Assembly (NCBI RefSeq): GCF_000009705.1
Contig: NC_003267.1
Location: 60,001-92,000, forward strand
DNA length: 32,000 bases
Direction: 5' to 3'
DNA from: Nostoc sp. PCC 7120 = FACHB-418
Lineage (GTDB): Bacteria; Cyanobacteriota; Cyanobacteriia; Cyanobacteriales; Nostocaceae
Position 1 is the first letter of the stretch. Each line of letters opens with the position of its first letter. This document shows, in pieces, positions 8,501 through 15,868 of the stretch. The notes beneath the pieces were generated by a model. It did no database searches, was not told the origin of the DNA, and saw nothing but the letters and a program-made list of their open reading frames with translations. Made by a program: the position numbers and the translations under genes.

Positions 8501-9967
8501 GGCTGGTAAATTAGCTGCCAGACTATTAAGGGATGCAATAATCAAAGCATAGCGACATTGCATCCCAATGACTTCAGGTAGGGATGTAAGAGTCCAGGAG
8601 CCTTCTGCCGATTGCCAAGCACGAGCAATATCAGTTACAAAATTGGCAGTTTGCCCCAAGCTCGCGCACGCTTCATACCAACCATTACCGCCTGCTGAAG
8701 TTTCCTCTTGTAAAAGTTGATGTATCTGATTTAATTGGTTCGCTTGCTGGAAATGCCAAGTTAAATGAGCATGAATATAATCATCAGCAGGTAATGTATG
8801 CCATTGCCCTGATTGAGTTTTTTCTTGATAACGGTCTAATAACGCCGAATGAGCAACAGTCAAACTGAATCCCAGTCCTGGTAGTTTTCCTGGTTGATTA
8901 GGAACTTTCTCTCCTATAAGTAATCCAATAGCTACATCGTGCATTAAGTCATGTAGCCTGTAAGTTGGTTTTTTGTCAAACTGTATTGTTCCCGTTTGCA
9001 GTAATGCTTTAGACCGTAATTGACGTAATATTGTCAAAGCTTGTCTAGGATTAACACCCCAAAGCGTTGCCGCCATTGCATGGGTAATAACCACATCTTC
9101 TGGTAAAACTCCAAACCAAGCAAATTGTTGTAATAATTCTGGAGTTAAAGAATTCAAGCTGAGATTAAAAGAAGCTACCAGAGAATACTTTTTGCGCTTT
9201 TCTTCACTACTACAATCTACAAACAAGTCAAGTGTATCTAAATGAGCTATTTCTGCCTTTAAATCTTTTAGCAATTCTTCCCAGGCTATTCCATCTGCTC
9301 GCTGCGCTGCTGCCAATTCTAACGCTAAGGGTAAATAACCAACCGTTTCTGCTAAAAGTTCCGCCTGCTGTTTTTCTGCTTGGGTAAATTGCTTCAGATG
9401 TGGTTGACTTTCTAGAAGCTTTAGCGATTCGCTCTTTGTCATCACGTCCAGATCATAGCGGCTTGCCGCTAGTATCACAGCCTCTCGTGTAGTTACAAGT
9501 ACCCGACAACCAGCACCACCTACTTGAAAATATTCAACGTGTTCCGGATTCCAAGCGTCATCTACCACCAGCAAAACTTTCTTATCATAAAGTAAGGTCT
9601 GCAAGTGTCTTTTTGCATCATCTGATTGAATGGGTTTATAGTTATTGTCTCCTAAAGCCAGAATCCAACTACTTAATAATGGCAACAAATCAGGTTTTTG
9701 ACCTAAAGTAGCCCACAAAACCCCATCTTTAAAATAAGCTTGAACCTCATTATCATGGGCTATAGCCGCAGCTAATGTTGATTTACCAATTCCACCTAAT
9801 CCATAAATGGCACTAACAACTAAAGTTCCTTGACTATTTGTTTCTTGCCCCAGTAAAACTGCTTTTACTGCTTCATGGTGTAAGGGACGTTCTACAAAAT
9901 TAATTGGTAAAGGTGGTGCTTGGAAAGGTTTTTCTAACTTTACCCGTTCTCCAACGGGCGGCTGTAG
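5522..9967 (-). CDS. NB-ARC (AP-ATPase/STAND) NTPase with helical linker and 28 tandem HEAT/ARM-like repeats. The reading frame is open up to the in-frame TGA at 9968-9970 and has no canonical start before the P-loop.
   Basis: Motifs are P-loop GLGGIGKST (9776-9802), Walker B KKVLLVVDDAW, RVLVTTRE, GLPL motif GYLPLALELAAA and MHD motif RLHDLMHDVA. These are followed by 28 copies of EALAAAREIQDEYYRAKALSSLAPLLPPELLS. The track ORF (9718) starts at a TTG after the P-loop, but the frame is open upstream to 9967. Confidence 0.85.
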   Translation of the reverse strand, partial: LQPPVGERVKLEKPFQAPPLPINFVERPLHHEAVKAVLLGQETNSQGTLVVSAIYGLGGIGKSTLAAAIAHDNEVQAYFKDGVLWATLGQKPDLLPLLSSWILALGDNNYKPIQSDDAKRHLQTLLYDKKVLLVVDDAWNPEHVEYFQVGGAGCRVLVTTREAVILAASRYDLDVMTKSESLKLLESQPHLKQFTQAEKQQAELLAETVGYLPLALELAAAQRADGIAWEELLKDLKAEIAHLDTLDLFVDCSSEEKRKKYSLVASFNLSLNSLTPELLQQFAWFGVLPEDVVITHAMAATLWGVNPRQALTILRQLRSKALLQTGTIQFDKKPTYRLHDLMHDVAIGLLIGEKVPNQPGKLPGLGFSLTVAHSALLDRYQEKTQSGQWHTLPADDYIHAHLTWHFQQANQLNQIHQLLQEETSAGGNGWYEACASLGQTANFVTDIARAWQSAEGSWTLTSLPEVIGMQCRYALIIASLNSLAANLPAQLLIALVQKNVWTPQQGLAYVLQSSNPENKAYLLTQLVNHLPPNLKELGLRKALAAAREIQDESNRANALSSLAPLLLPEFLSEALAAAREIQAELERAYALSSLTPLLPPELLSKALATAREIQDESNRVRSLSSLSPLLPELLPEALAAAREIQDEYKRAKALSSLAPLMPELLPEALAAVREIQDEEGRAYALSSLAPLIPELLPEALVAAKEFQDEYYRAKALSSLAPLLPELLPEALAATREIQDEEGRAYALSNLAPLLPPELLSEALAAAREFQDESNRANALSSLAPLLPAELLSEALVAAREFQSEYYRAKALSRLAPLLPPELLSEALAAAREFQDESNRANALSSLALLLPELLPEALAAAREIQSEYDRALALSRLAPLLPPELLSEALAAARQIKDEYYRAKTLSSWAGKLPELLPEALAAAREIQYEYDRALALSRLALLLPPELLSEALAAARQIQDEEYRALALSSLAPLLPPELLSEVLAAAREIQNEEYRANTLSSLPNKLPPELLSEVLAAAREIQNEEYRANTLSSLPNKLPPELLSKVLAAAREIQNEEYRALALSSLALLLPKLLPEALAAAKEIQSEYDRALALSRLAPLLLPELLSEALAAAKEIQDEYYRAKALSRLAPLLPKLLPEALAAAREMQDEYYRAYALRSLADKLPELLSEALAAAKEIQDEYYRAKALCSLADKLPELLSEALAAAKEIQDEYYRAKALRSLAPLLLPELLSEALAAAKEIQDEYYRAKALSRLAPLLPPELLSEALAAAREIQDEYYRAKTLSSLADNLPELLSEALAAAEEIQDEYYRAKALSRLAPLLPPELLSEALAAAKEIQNEEYRTNALSSLAPLLPPELLSEVLAAAREIQNEEYRANTLSSLATLLPPELLSEALAAAREIQSTHKRAYAISSLADKLSQIQKTPLFDLWRDTLNILSIHTRPNLLSDINALTPVIFTLGGKQAMKDTASAIQDVSRWWR
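5711..8347 (-). repeat. Coding tandem repeat, 28 units of 93-96 bp (31-32 aa), many units near-identical at DNA level
   Basis: The period is visible directly. For example, tcctgaatctccttagcagcagcaagtgcctcacttaacaa recurs about every 94 bp, and 6841-6936 is essentially repeated at 6935-7030 (protein units 15 and 16 are identical). Confidence 0.9.
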
Positions 9968-10384
9968 TCAAGTATGGTAGTTATGAGTGTGATGACCACC
10001 GATGTTTGTTGTACCTTTTTCAGTCTCTACTTTAGTTTGGTAGCCCGTACTGTTGTCATAGTTATTTTGGGTCATGTTGCTGTTGTCTAACAGTTTTCCC
10101 ACATTAATCTCTTGCGCCAGTGCTTGTACCTGGGAAGCAAATTGTGGCTCGTCATCCATCACATCTTGTAAATAGACTGCTAGACGCTCTAACTCTGACT
10201 TATTTCCTTGTTCAACCGCAGTTAGTGCTTTTTCTGCTCTTGGATTACCTCGTAACTTATTCCAAATTTTCTGACGTAACTCATCCATCTTCACAAGGGC
10301 TGCTTCAGTGAATTTCTCTATTGTCGTCTCAAAAGCTTTAGTAAAAGCAAGAGTAACGATTACACCAGCAGTAAGTGGTTCCAT
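9968..10384 (-). CDS. N-terminal module of the NLR-like gene (138 aa): hydrophobic first helix, helical bundle and N/Q/G/T/H-rich tail. It ends at a TGA in frame with the NB-ARC ORF.
   Basis: ATG at 10384 is preceded by GAGG 6 nt upstream. Sequence runs MEPLTAGVIVTLAFTKAFETTIEKF...DNSNMTQNNYDNSTGYQTKVETEKGTTNIGGHHTHNYHT. The stop TGA at 9968-9970 is in the same frame as 5522..9967. Confidence 0.65.
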   Translation of the reverse strand: MEPLTAGVIVTLAFTKAFETTIEKFTEAALVKMDELRQKIWNKLRGNPRAEKALTAVEQGNKSELERLAVYLQDVMDDEPQFASQVQALAQEINVGKLLDNSNMTQNNYDNSTGYQTKVETEKGTTNIGGHHTHNYHT

Positions 10385-11076
10385 GTACAACCTCATCAGC
10401 ACAGGATTCTATTAATTTATTACCACATATCTTCTGCTCTTAATTCCGCATTCCGCTAATGGGCTATTTCGTGTAATGAGGCCACGCAATGATCGTAGTT
10501 TTACATCCTCTTAGCTTTGCATTATTTATACTACATTTGTATTACAAAATCCTTAAATAAAAAATAAGATACCCTTATCTTTTATACGATGAAAACTACG
10601 ATTAAAACCGAGGATTCTTGACAACACCGATTTTCGGACATCTTCTGTCCGTTGCTGACTTATAGAATGTAGCTAAAGTCTTTACGGGAAATTCAGGGGA
10701 TATGGCTGGGCGTTTACCTATACTTCTAGCCCACATCTTATATTAGCTGTTCTTTATCATTAGTATCTGCATTTTGGTTAATACTTTACATAACGTATCA
10801 ATCTGCACGGTTTGCCTTGCTTCACATTGCATCTAGGTAATGTTAACTTATCGTTTAAGTAAGTTAAGACTGCAACCATCTTTCCCTTGGGCTAAAGGAC
10901 GATAGCCCTTGCACCTCTGTTTTAGTGAGCGCGGCAGAATTAGCATTTTGTCTTTTAGAGGTTTGGTTCACTAAGCTTTATGTATTAATCAGGGGAAACG
11001 CACCTTATTTCCTAACAAAAACTAATCAGGATTTCAAAATTATTTATGTAAGTGCAAAACTTGACACAAAGATAAA

Positions 11077-12443
11077 CAGAACAAATCGATTCTTTTGCTA
11101 ATACGTAAATTAGCTTATCTCTAATGAAATAACTGTTGTCTAAGGGTAAATTAGTTAACTATTTAGCCATGAGTAAGTAAGCTTATCCCTAAAAATAAGC
11201 AACAATCATAACTAAATTATTGATAGGCTAGTTTACGCTAAAGCTAGAACTCTTTCTAAATATTTATTGTCCATTGCTGCCAGAAACTGTTTATTTTTGA
11301 TTCCCCGTTTCACACGCTTCTCTTTACCTAAAAGATTTACTGCTATCTGCCGCATTACTGCAAAATTTTGTGGAGCATTATCTTTCCTAATCCGGCAGTC
11401 ATCTTCTTTTAAAGCTACATCTAATATCCAATGCAATGAATTTTCTATTCCCCAGTGACTGCGAACAGAATTAGCAAATTGTTTGGCATTATCTTCAAGA
11501 CTACTAATAAAATAACGAATCTCCACTGTTGTTTTAGCATCTACTTGCCGGACGGATTCTACCATCCCAATACTATTAAACTTTGACCAAGCTGAATCAG
11601 GGTCAAGTCGGGATTAGATTCCTGTTAACATCGCGTAGTTGCGGATTTCATGACGACCATGCCCATGTTCTTCTGTTTTGTATGTGCTATGTTGAAAATC
11701 TTGAAAACCTTTGCCTATCTCTGCTTTAAATAGTTGCTCTACTTCATCATACAGATTACCTTGATTCTTTTTGAGGGTAATTACATAATCTGCGTTTTGT
11801 TGGCTAATTAACTTCACAATCTCCTTCTGGCAACCGATGGCATCAATTGTCACAATACAACCAGATAGTTCTAATACTTTTATTAATTCGGGAATTGCTG
11901 TAATTTCATTTGATTTCTCATCCACCTTTACCTGCCCTAACACTAACTTATTTGTAGTTGCCCACGCACTTACCATTTGTATTGCACTTTGGTTACTGCT
12001 TCTATCATGGGAGCCACATAAAGTTTTGCCGTCAATTGCTACTACCTCACCATCCGTCCTGATCTTTATTGACTTTATCCAGTTTAAGAAACATGACTGA
12101 AATTGCTGTGAATCCAATTGTGCAAAGACTCGTGCAAATGTATCGTGTGATGGTATTCCATTTGGTAGCTCCAAAAACGTTTTCAACCACTCATATTTTG
12201 TGCAGCCATACAATTCAATTGCCACCCAACTGTCCGCTCCACATATCACTGCACATAAAGCAATGGTGAGAATGTCAATTAATTTGTGCCGTTTTGTCCG
12301 ATCTACTCTTGGATCTTCCATCTGTGCAAAGTGGTCAGTAATCGTGATTTTGGGCTTGAGCTTCATGAAGAGAGTGGTACGGTAGTTCTTCTTTTTTTCT
12401 CGCACTCTTGAATTTACTACAAAAATGAACCCACATTGCCCTG
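11077..12443 (-). mobile_element. ISAs1-family insertion sequence (ends tentative)
   Basis: It contains the ISAs1/H-repeat-type transposase. The right end ...cattgccctg (12443) gives the CAGGG terminus I recall for ISAs1. The imperfect partner is cagaacaaatcgattcttttgctaatacgtaaatt at 11077-11111, against cagggcaatgtgggttcatttttgtagtaaatt. No target duplication was found. Confidence 0.4.
11233..12366 (-). pseudogene. ISAs1-family (H-repeat-associated) DDE transposase, inactivated by one in-frame TAA
   Basis: Sequence reads MKLKPKITITDHFAQMEDPRVDRTKRHKLIDILTIALCAVICGADSW...IPSHDTFARVF, then RSHWGIENSLHWILDVALKEDDCRIRKDNAPQNFAVMRQIA. The two track ORFs (11614..12405 and 11233..11565) are in the same frame and are separated only by TAA at 11614-11616. 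Confidence 0.8.
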
Positions 12444-12633
12444 GCAGCCTACGGTTGCCACAAACCTCACCCCCCCCTCAAAACGATTATTATTATTTGC
12501 TTACTTCTGGACAGTCAGGAAAAAGCGTCCTTCTGCGTAGGCGCAGCCCGCCACAGGCATCACTATCCAAAAAAACTTTTTGGTTTACTGTAGATAACAC
12601 AACTCTTTTCTTGGTTCGTGAGTCAGGCAAATT

Positions 12634-13473
12634 ATGCAACTACATCGATTCGACAACATTCAGGAGTTCTGGCACTCCACTCAGGCTTACTTGCTCCAGC
12701 ATCAGGTAGAAAACAATGTTTTGCTCAGTATCTCGCATACCTTGTTGCATAACCCAGAACGTTATCTAGGCAAGCCTTATTTAGCAATTGTCCAAACAAG
12801 TGGTGAGATTCTGGCTGTTGCCATCCGCACCCCACCCCAAAAATTGATCCTATCCAAAGCCCAGAATATGGATGCCTTGCGGTTGATTGCTCAAGATTTG
12901 CGTCAAGAGCAACTGCCAGGAAGTATGGGACTGGCAACTGAAGCAGAAATATTCTCGCAGACTTGGCAAGCCCTGACAGGACAATTCTATCAACGGTCGG
13001 TGGTAATGAAAATTTACCAATTAACGGCAGTGCAAACAGTCTCAACGTCCAGAGGATATCTTAGACTGGCAACTGAAGGCGATCGCTCTATTTTGACTAA
13101 GTGGCTTTCTGCATTTTTATCTGAGATCGATGAGGCGGTGAGCGAAGATGTCGAACACCAGGTAGATAATCGGTTGAAACAGCAGAATACTTATTTTTGG
13201 GTTGATAGCACTCCAGTTTCAGTTGCGTCTAGTAAACAAGTGTTACCTACAATTGGTCGGATCAATTTAGCTTATACACCACCAGAGTATCGTCGTAAAG
13301 GATATGCCACTACCTGTGTCGCTGCATTAAGCCAAAAACTGCTAGATCAGGGATGCCGCCATTGTTTCCTCATAGCAGATTTAGCTAATTCCACAGCCAA
13401 TCATATTTATCAAGCGATTGGGTATCGCCCCTTAAGCGATTGGCACGAATACTCATTCACCTCCAAGCAGTAA
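12634..13473 (+). CDS. GNAT-family N-acetyltransferase (two-domain, catalytic GNAT fold C-terminal)
   Basis: 279-aa ORF. An acetyl-CoA motif-A-like segment PPEYRRKGYATTCVAALSQKLLDQG is followed by ANHIYQAIGYRP. Confidence 0.7.
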   Translation: MQLHRFDNIQEFWHSTQAYLLQHQVENNVLLSISHTLLHNPERYLGKPYLAIVQTSGEILAVAIRTPPQKLILSKAQNMDALRLIAQDLRQEQLPGSMGLATEAEIFSQTWQALTGQFYQRSVVMKIYQLTAVQTVSTSRGYLRLATEGDRSILTKWLSAFLSEIDEAVSEDVEHQVDNRLKQQNTYFWVDSTPVSVASSKQVLPTIGRINLAYTPPEYRRKGYATTCVAALSQKLLDQGCRHCFLIADLANSTANHIYQAIGYRPLSDWHEYSFTSKQ

Positions 13474-13848
13474 GCATAATAAAGCAATCGCTTCCAGGCT
13501 TGGGAAATAAATCAAACCAGAAATATTAATTTTTTCATCAGCTCTTAATCTTGTTTGCCATTGAGAGTACTTTAGATGCGTTCGCCCTGATGTATTAATT
13601 GAGGCAGTAAAATATTGATTCTCAGTAATATATAGATATTGTCTAGGTAAAATAAATGCCTTTTTAATATACTTTTAAAGCTATTTAACCTAGATATATT
13701 TTTACTAACAAATGGGTATAACTTTTAACTAATTTATTTAGCTAAACTTTCGCACGAACGTAAAGATGTTGGCTGTTACGTATTCTCTCGTAGCTTGTTT
13801 CAGAAATCAAATATGATTCCCATAGCAGATATAGCTGTGCTTCACATT

Positions 13849-15048
13849 TCAAATAGCTTGTTTTAAATTAGAAGCTGTCTTTTCTGGATTACCGGAAAAT
13901 GGGAAAACTAAAATACTCTGAATATTGGGATTATTCACTAATTCTTTTAAACGACTAAGCTGCTTATCTGTAATTGCAATTCCAGCATATTTTTGGGCGT
14001 AATTTAGTTCTTCAGTAAAATTCTTATCATTATATGCTTGAATGAATACTCGGTCTACACCCCACTGTTCCCAATCAGCCGCAAAATATTTTTTAGCCCA
14101 ATAAGGGTTATGATGACAAATATCAAAACTTACCAAAGAATTCGCTTCTTTCATCGAGCTTGTCATTTGTTGTACAAACTTAGTTAAATGCTTAGTTCTG
14201 TCAGTTTTTCCCGGTAATTCAGCATAATATCCTAGATAATCATCCCATTGAACTGCATCAACATTAGGATATTTCTTAACGAACTCAACTGAAATATTTT
14301 TGAAGAAAGTAGCAACTTCTGGTTTCTCTACATCAAGTACATAATGGTCAATCCCGGCATAAGTTTTATCTATTCCTGGCACCATCCAATTTTTAGCAAC
14401 AGCTAAATCAAAAATCGGACTATTTTTATCTATTTTAATTCCCTTCTCAAAATAAGCATGAACTTGCATTCCTTGTTTATGTGCTTCATCAATCAACCAA
14501 TTTAACCATTTTTCTTGAAATTGGTTAGGACAACTGCTATATCCTAAAGTTTGCTGCATCACATCACTTTTGTACATCGTACAACCATTACCCCAAACAC
14601 CATGAATAATGGTATTGATACCTTGAGAACGATAGTAGCGAACTCTCTGACGAATCGTTTGCTCATCGGCATTATTTGTAGCTTGATAACGACTTAAATA
14701 AATCCCTCTAATTAGTTTTTTCTCCCAAGGATTTGGAGGTAATACTGTTTTTCTCTCTTGTGTTATTGTGCTTGAAGCTTTGTTATTTTTAGAAGCTACA
14801 TTTACAGATGTAGGTAAAGAATTCTTTGGAGTTGCAGAAGCAGTGGGTATGGAAATTGAGGGGGACGTTGGAGTAGGATTGAAAATTGGGATATTTATTC
14901 GTTCATCCTTGGATAAAAATCTGCTGAACATATCTAAATTTTCTGCTTGACTGAACCACCAGTAACCACCTCCCGCGACAGCTAGTATTACGGATAATGG
15001 AATATTTAGGCACCCACATCCACTACGGTCTTTTTTTTGGTGCGGCAT
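13849..15048 (-). CDS. membrane-anchored glycoside-hydrolase-like protein (GHL10/YngK-type TIM barrel), tentative
   Basis: 399-aa ORF with an N-terminal TM segment (LNIPLSVILAVAGGGYWWF) and a Ser/Thr/Pro-rich linker. IRGIYLSRY...YYRSQGINTIIHGVWGNGCTMYKS...LIDEAHKQGMQVHAYFE resembles the GHL10 family pattern. Confidence 0.5.
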   Translation of the reverse strand: MPHQKKDRSGCGCLNIPLSVILAVAGGGYWWFSQAENLDMFSRFLSKDERINIPIFNPTPTSPSISIPTASATPKNSLPTSVNVASKNNKASSTITQERKTVLPPNPWEKKLIRGIYLSRYQATNNADEQTIRQRVRYYRSQGINTIIHGVWGNGCTMYKSDVMQQTLGYSSCPNQFQEKWLNWLIDEAHKQGMQVHAYFEKGIKIDKNSPIFDLAVAKNWMVPGIDKTYAGIDHYVLDVEKPEVATFFKNISVEFVKKYPNVDAVQWDDYLGYYAELPGKTDRTKHLTKFVQQMTSSMKEANSLVSFDICHHNPYWAKKYFAADWEQWGVDRVFIQAYNDKNFTEELNYAQKYAGIAITDKQLSRLKELVNNPNIQSILVFPFSGNPEKTASNLKQAI

Positions 15049-15868
15049 ATTAATTTCAATATTATCAGTTAATCTCGCTATATATACAGATTACTACCAT
15101 TGTAGATTTACCGAAGAAGAATTCAGAATACATCTCTCATAAAATATTTTCAGAGTGAATCTTCACAAATCAAAATCGAGAGTAAATGTATCATCATCAG
15201 GTTTTTCTGATGTTTGAGGTATAACGGTAACCAGATACCACCTGAGTCACAACGCGCAATTATTACTGAGACGAAAGCAAATATTAAGATGAACTACCCC
15301 TGGCTACTTCGTTGAGCCAGGGGTTTCTACATCCCCTAGCGTAGCCTGAGATTTTTGACGTTTCCTTTGACCCAGTTGCTTCATGCTTCCCGCAGTTTTG
15401 CGGGTACGTGAAGTAGAGCTAGAATCATCTACGCCTTCGAGACTCGTTCCAAATCCCGGTAGTCTTCCTGAGTGCCAAAGCAACATAACCTCGCCAGAAG
15501 CGATGTCACGCTGCTGAGTGTAGTTACAATTAGAGCAAATATGCACTCTCTGGTCTAAAGTTTTCTTTTCCTGATGCCCACATTTAGGGCAAGTTTGTGA
15601 TGGTTTTATCTTCTTAGTTGGTGCTTCAGAAAACACACCACTAAAATCATCCAACTTAGCCTTGAGGGATTGTTTTATCATCCCCATACCAACATCAAGA
15701 ATTGATTTGTTCAGACCAGATTTTTGCTTCTTGCGTTTACCCTTTTTAGCTTTGGCACTCATATTTTTGACTTCTAGTTGTTCAGTTACCACCGTGCTAT
15801 TACCGCTAATTATTCGTGTAGTAACTTGATGAACCCAGTTCTGACGCTGATTAGCTACTTTTCTATAT

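Noticed and set aside
9968-9970. TGA as a selenocysteine codon
   Set aside because: The downstream hairpin loop (GGAG) lacks the GU-containing apical loop I recall for bacterial SECIS elements. A Sec residue in a linker has no chemical rationale. Readthrough, pseudogene or sequencing error are more plausible, although Sec cannot be formally excluded without a SECIS or selABC search.
10403-11076. ~670 bp ORF-free AT-rich region upstream of the NLR-like gene, containing small palindromes (ttaactta...taagttaa 10843-10868; aagata-ccct-tatctt 10566-10581) and a duplicated agcttatc[tc]ctaa motif (about 11112 and 11178)
   Set aside because: The stems are short, there is no promoter or terminator pairing and no recognisable RNA family. 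It is probably promoter, leader and IS-flank DNA. There is not enough evidence to call a feature.
11837-12385. Track ORFs antisense to the ISAs1 transposase (11837..12100, 12069..12269, 12200..12385; also 11267..11458)
   Set aside because: They lie entirely within and antisense to a well-supported transposase frame, and their translations have no motifs.
12425-12709. Track ORF 12425..12709 (94 aa)
   Set aside because: It begins in the IS flank and a repeat-like sequence (ctgcgtaggcgcagcccgccacaggcatc), and it overlaps the GNAT start in another frame. The translation is low-complexity and there is no ribosome-binding site.
13812-13840. Short similarity between tgattcccatagcagatatagctgtgcttcaca and the GNAT gene segment at 13365-13398 (tgtttcctcatagcagatttagctaattccaca)
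   Set aside because: It covers only about 30 bp with several mismatches. It could be a remnant of a duplicated GNAT 3' end, but it is too short to distinguish from chance without an alignment statistic.
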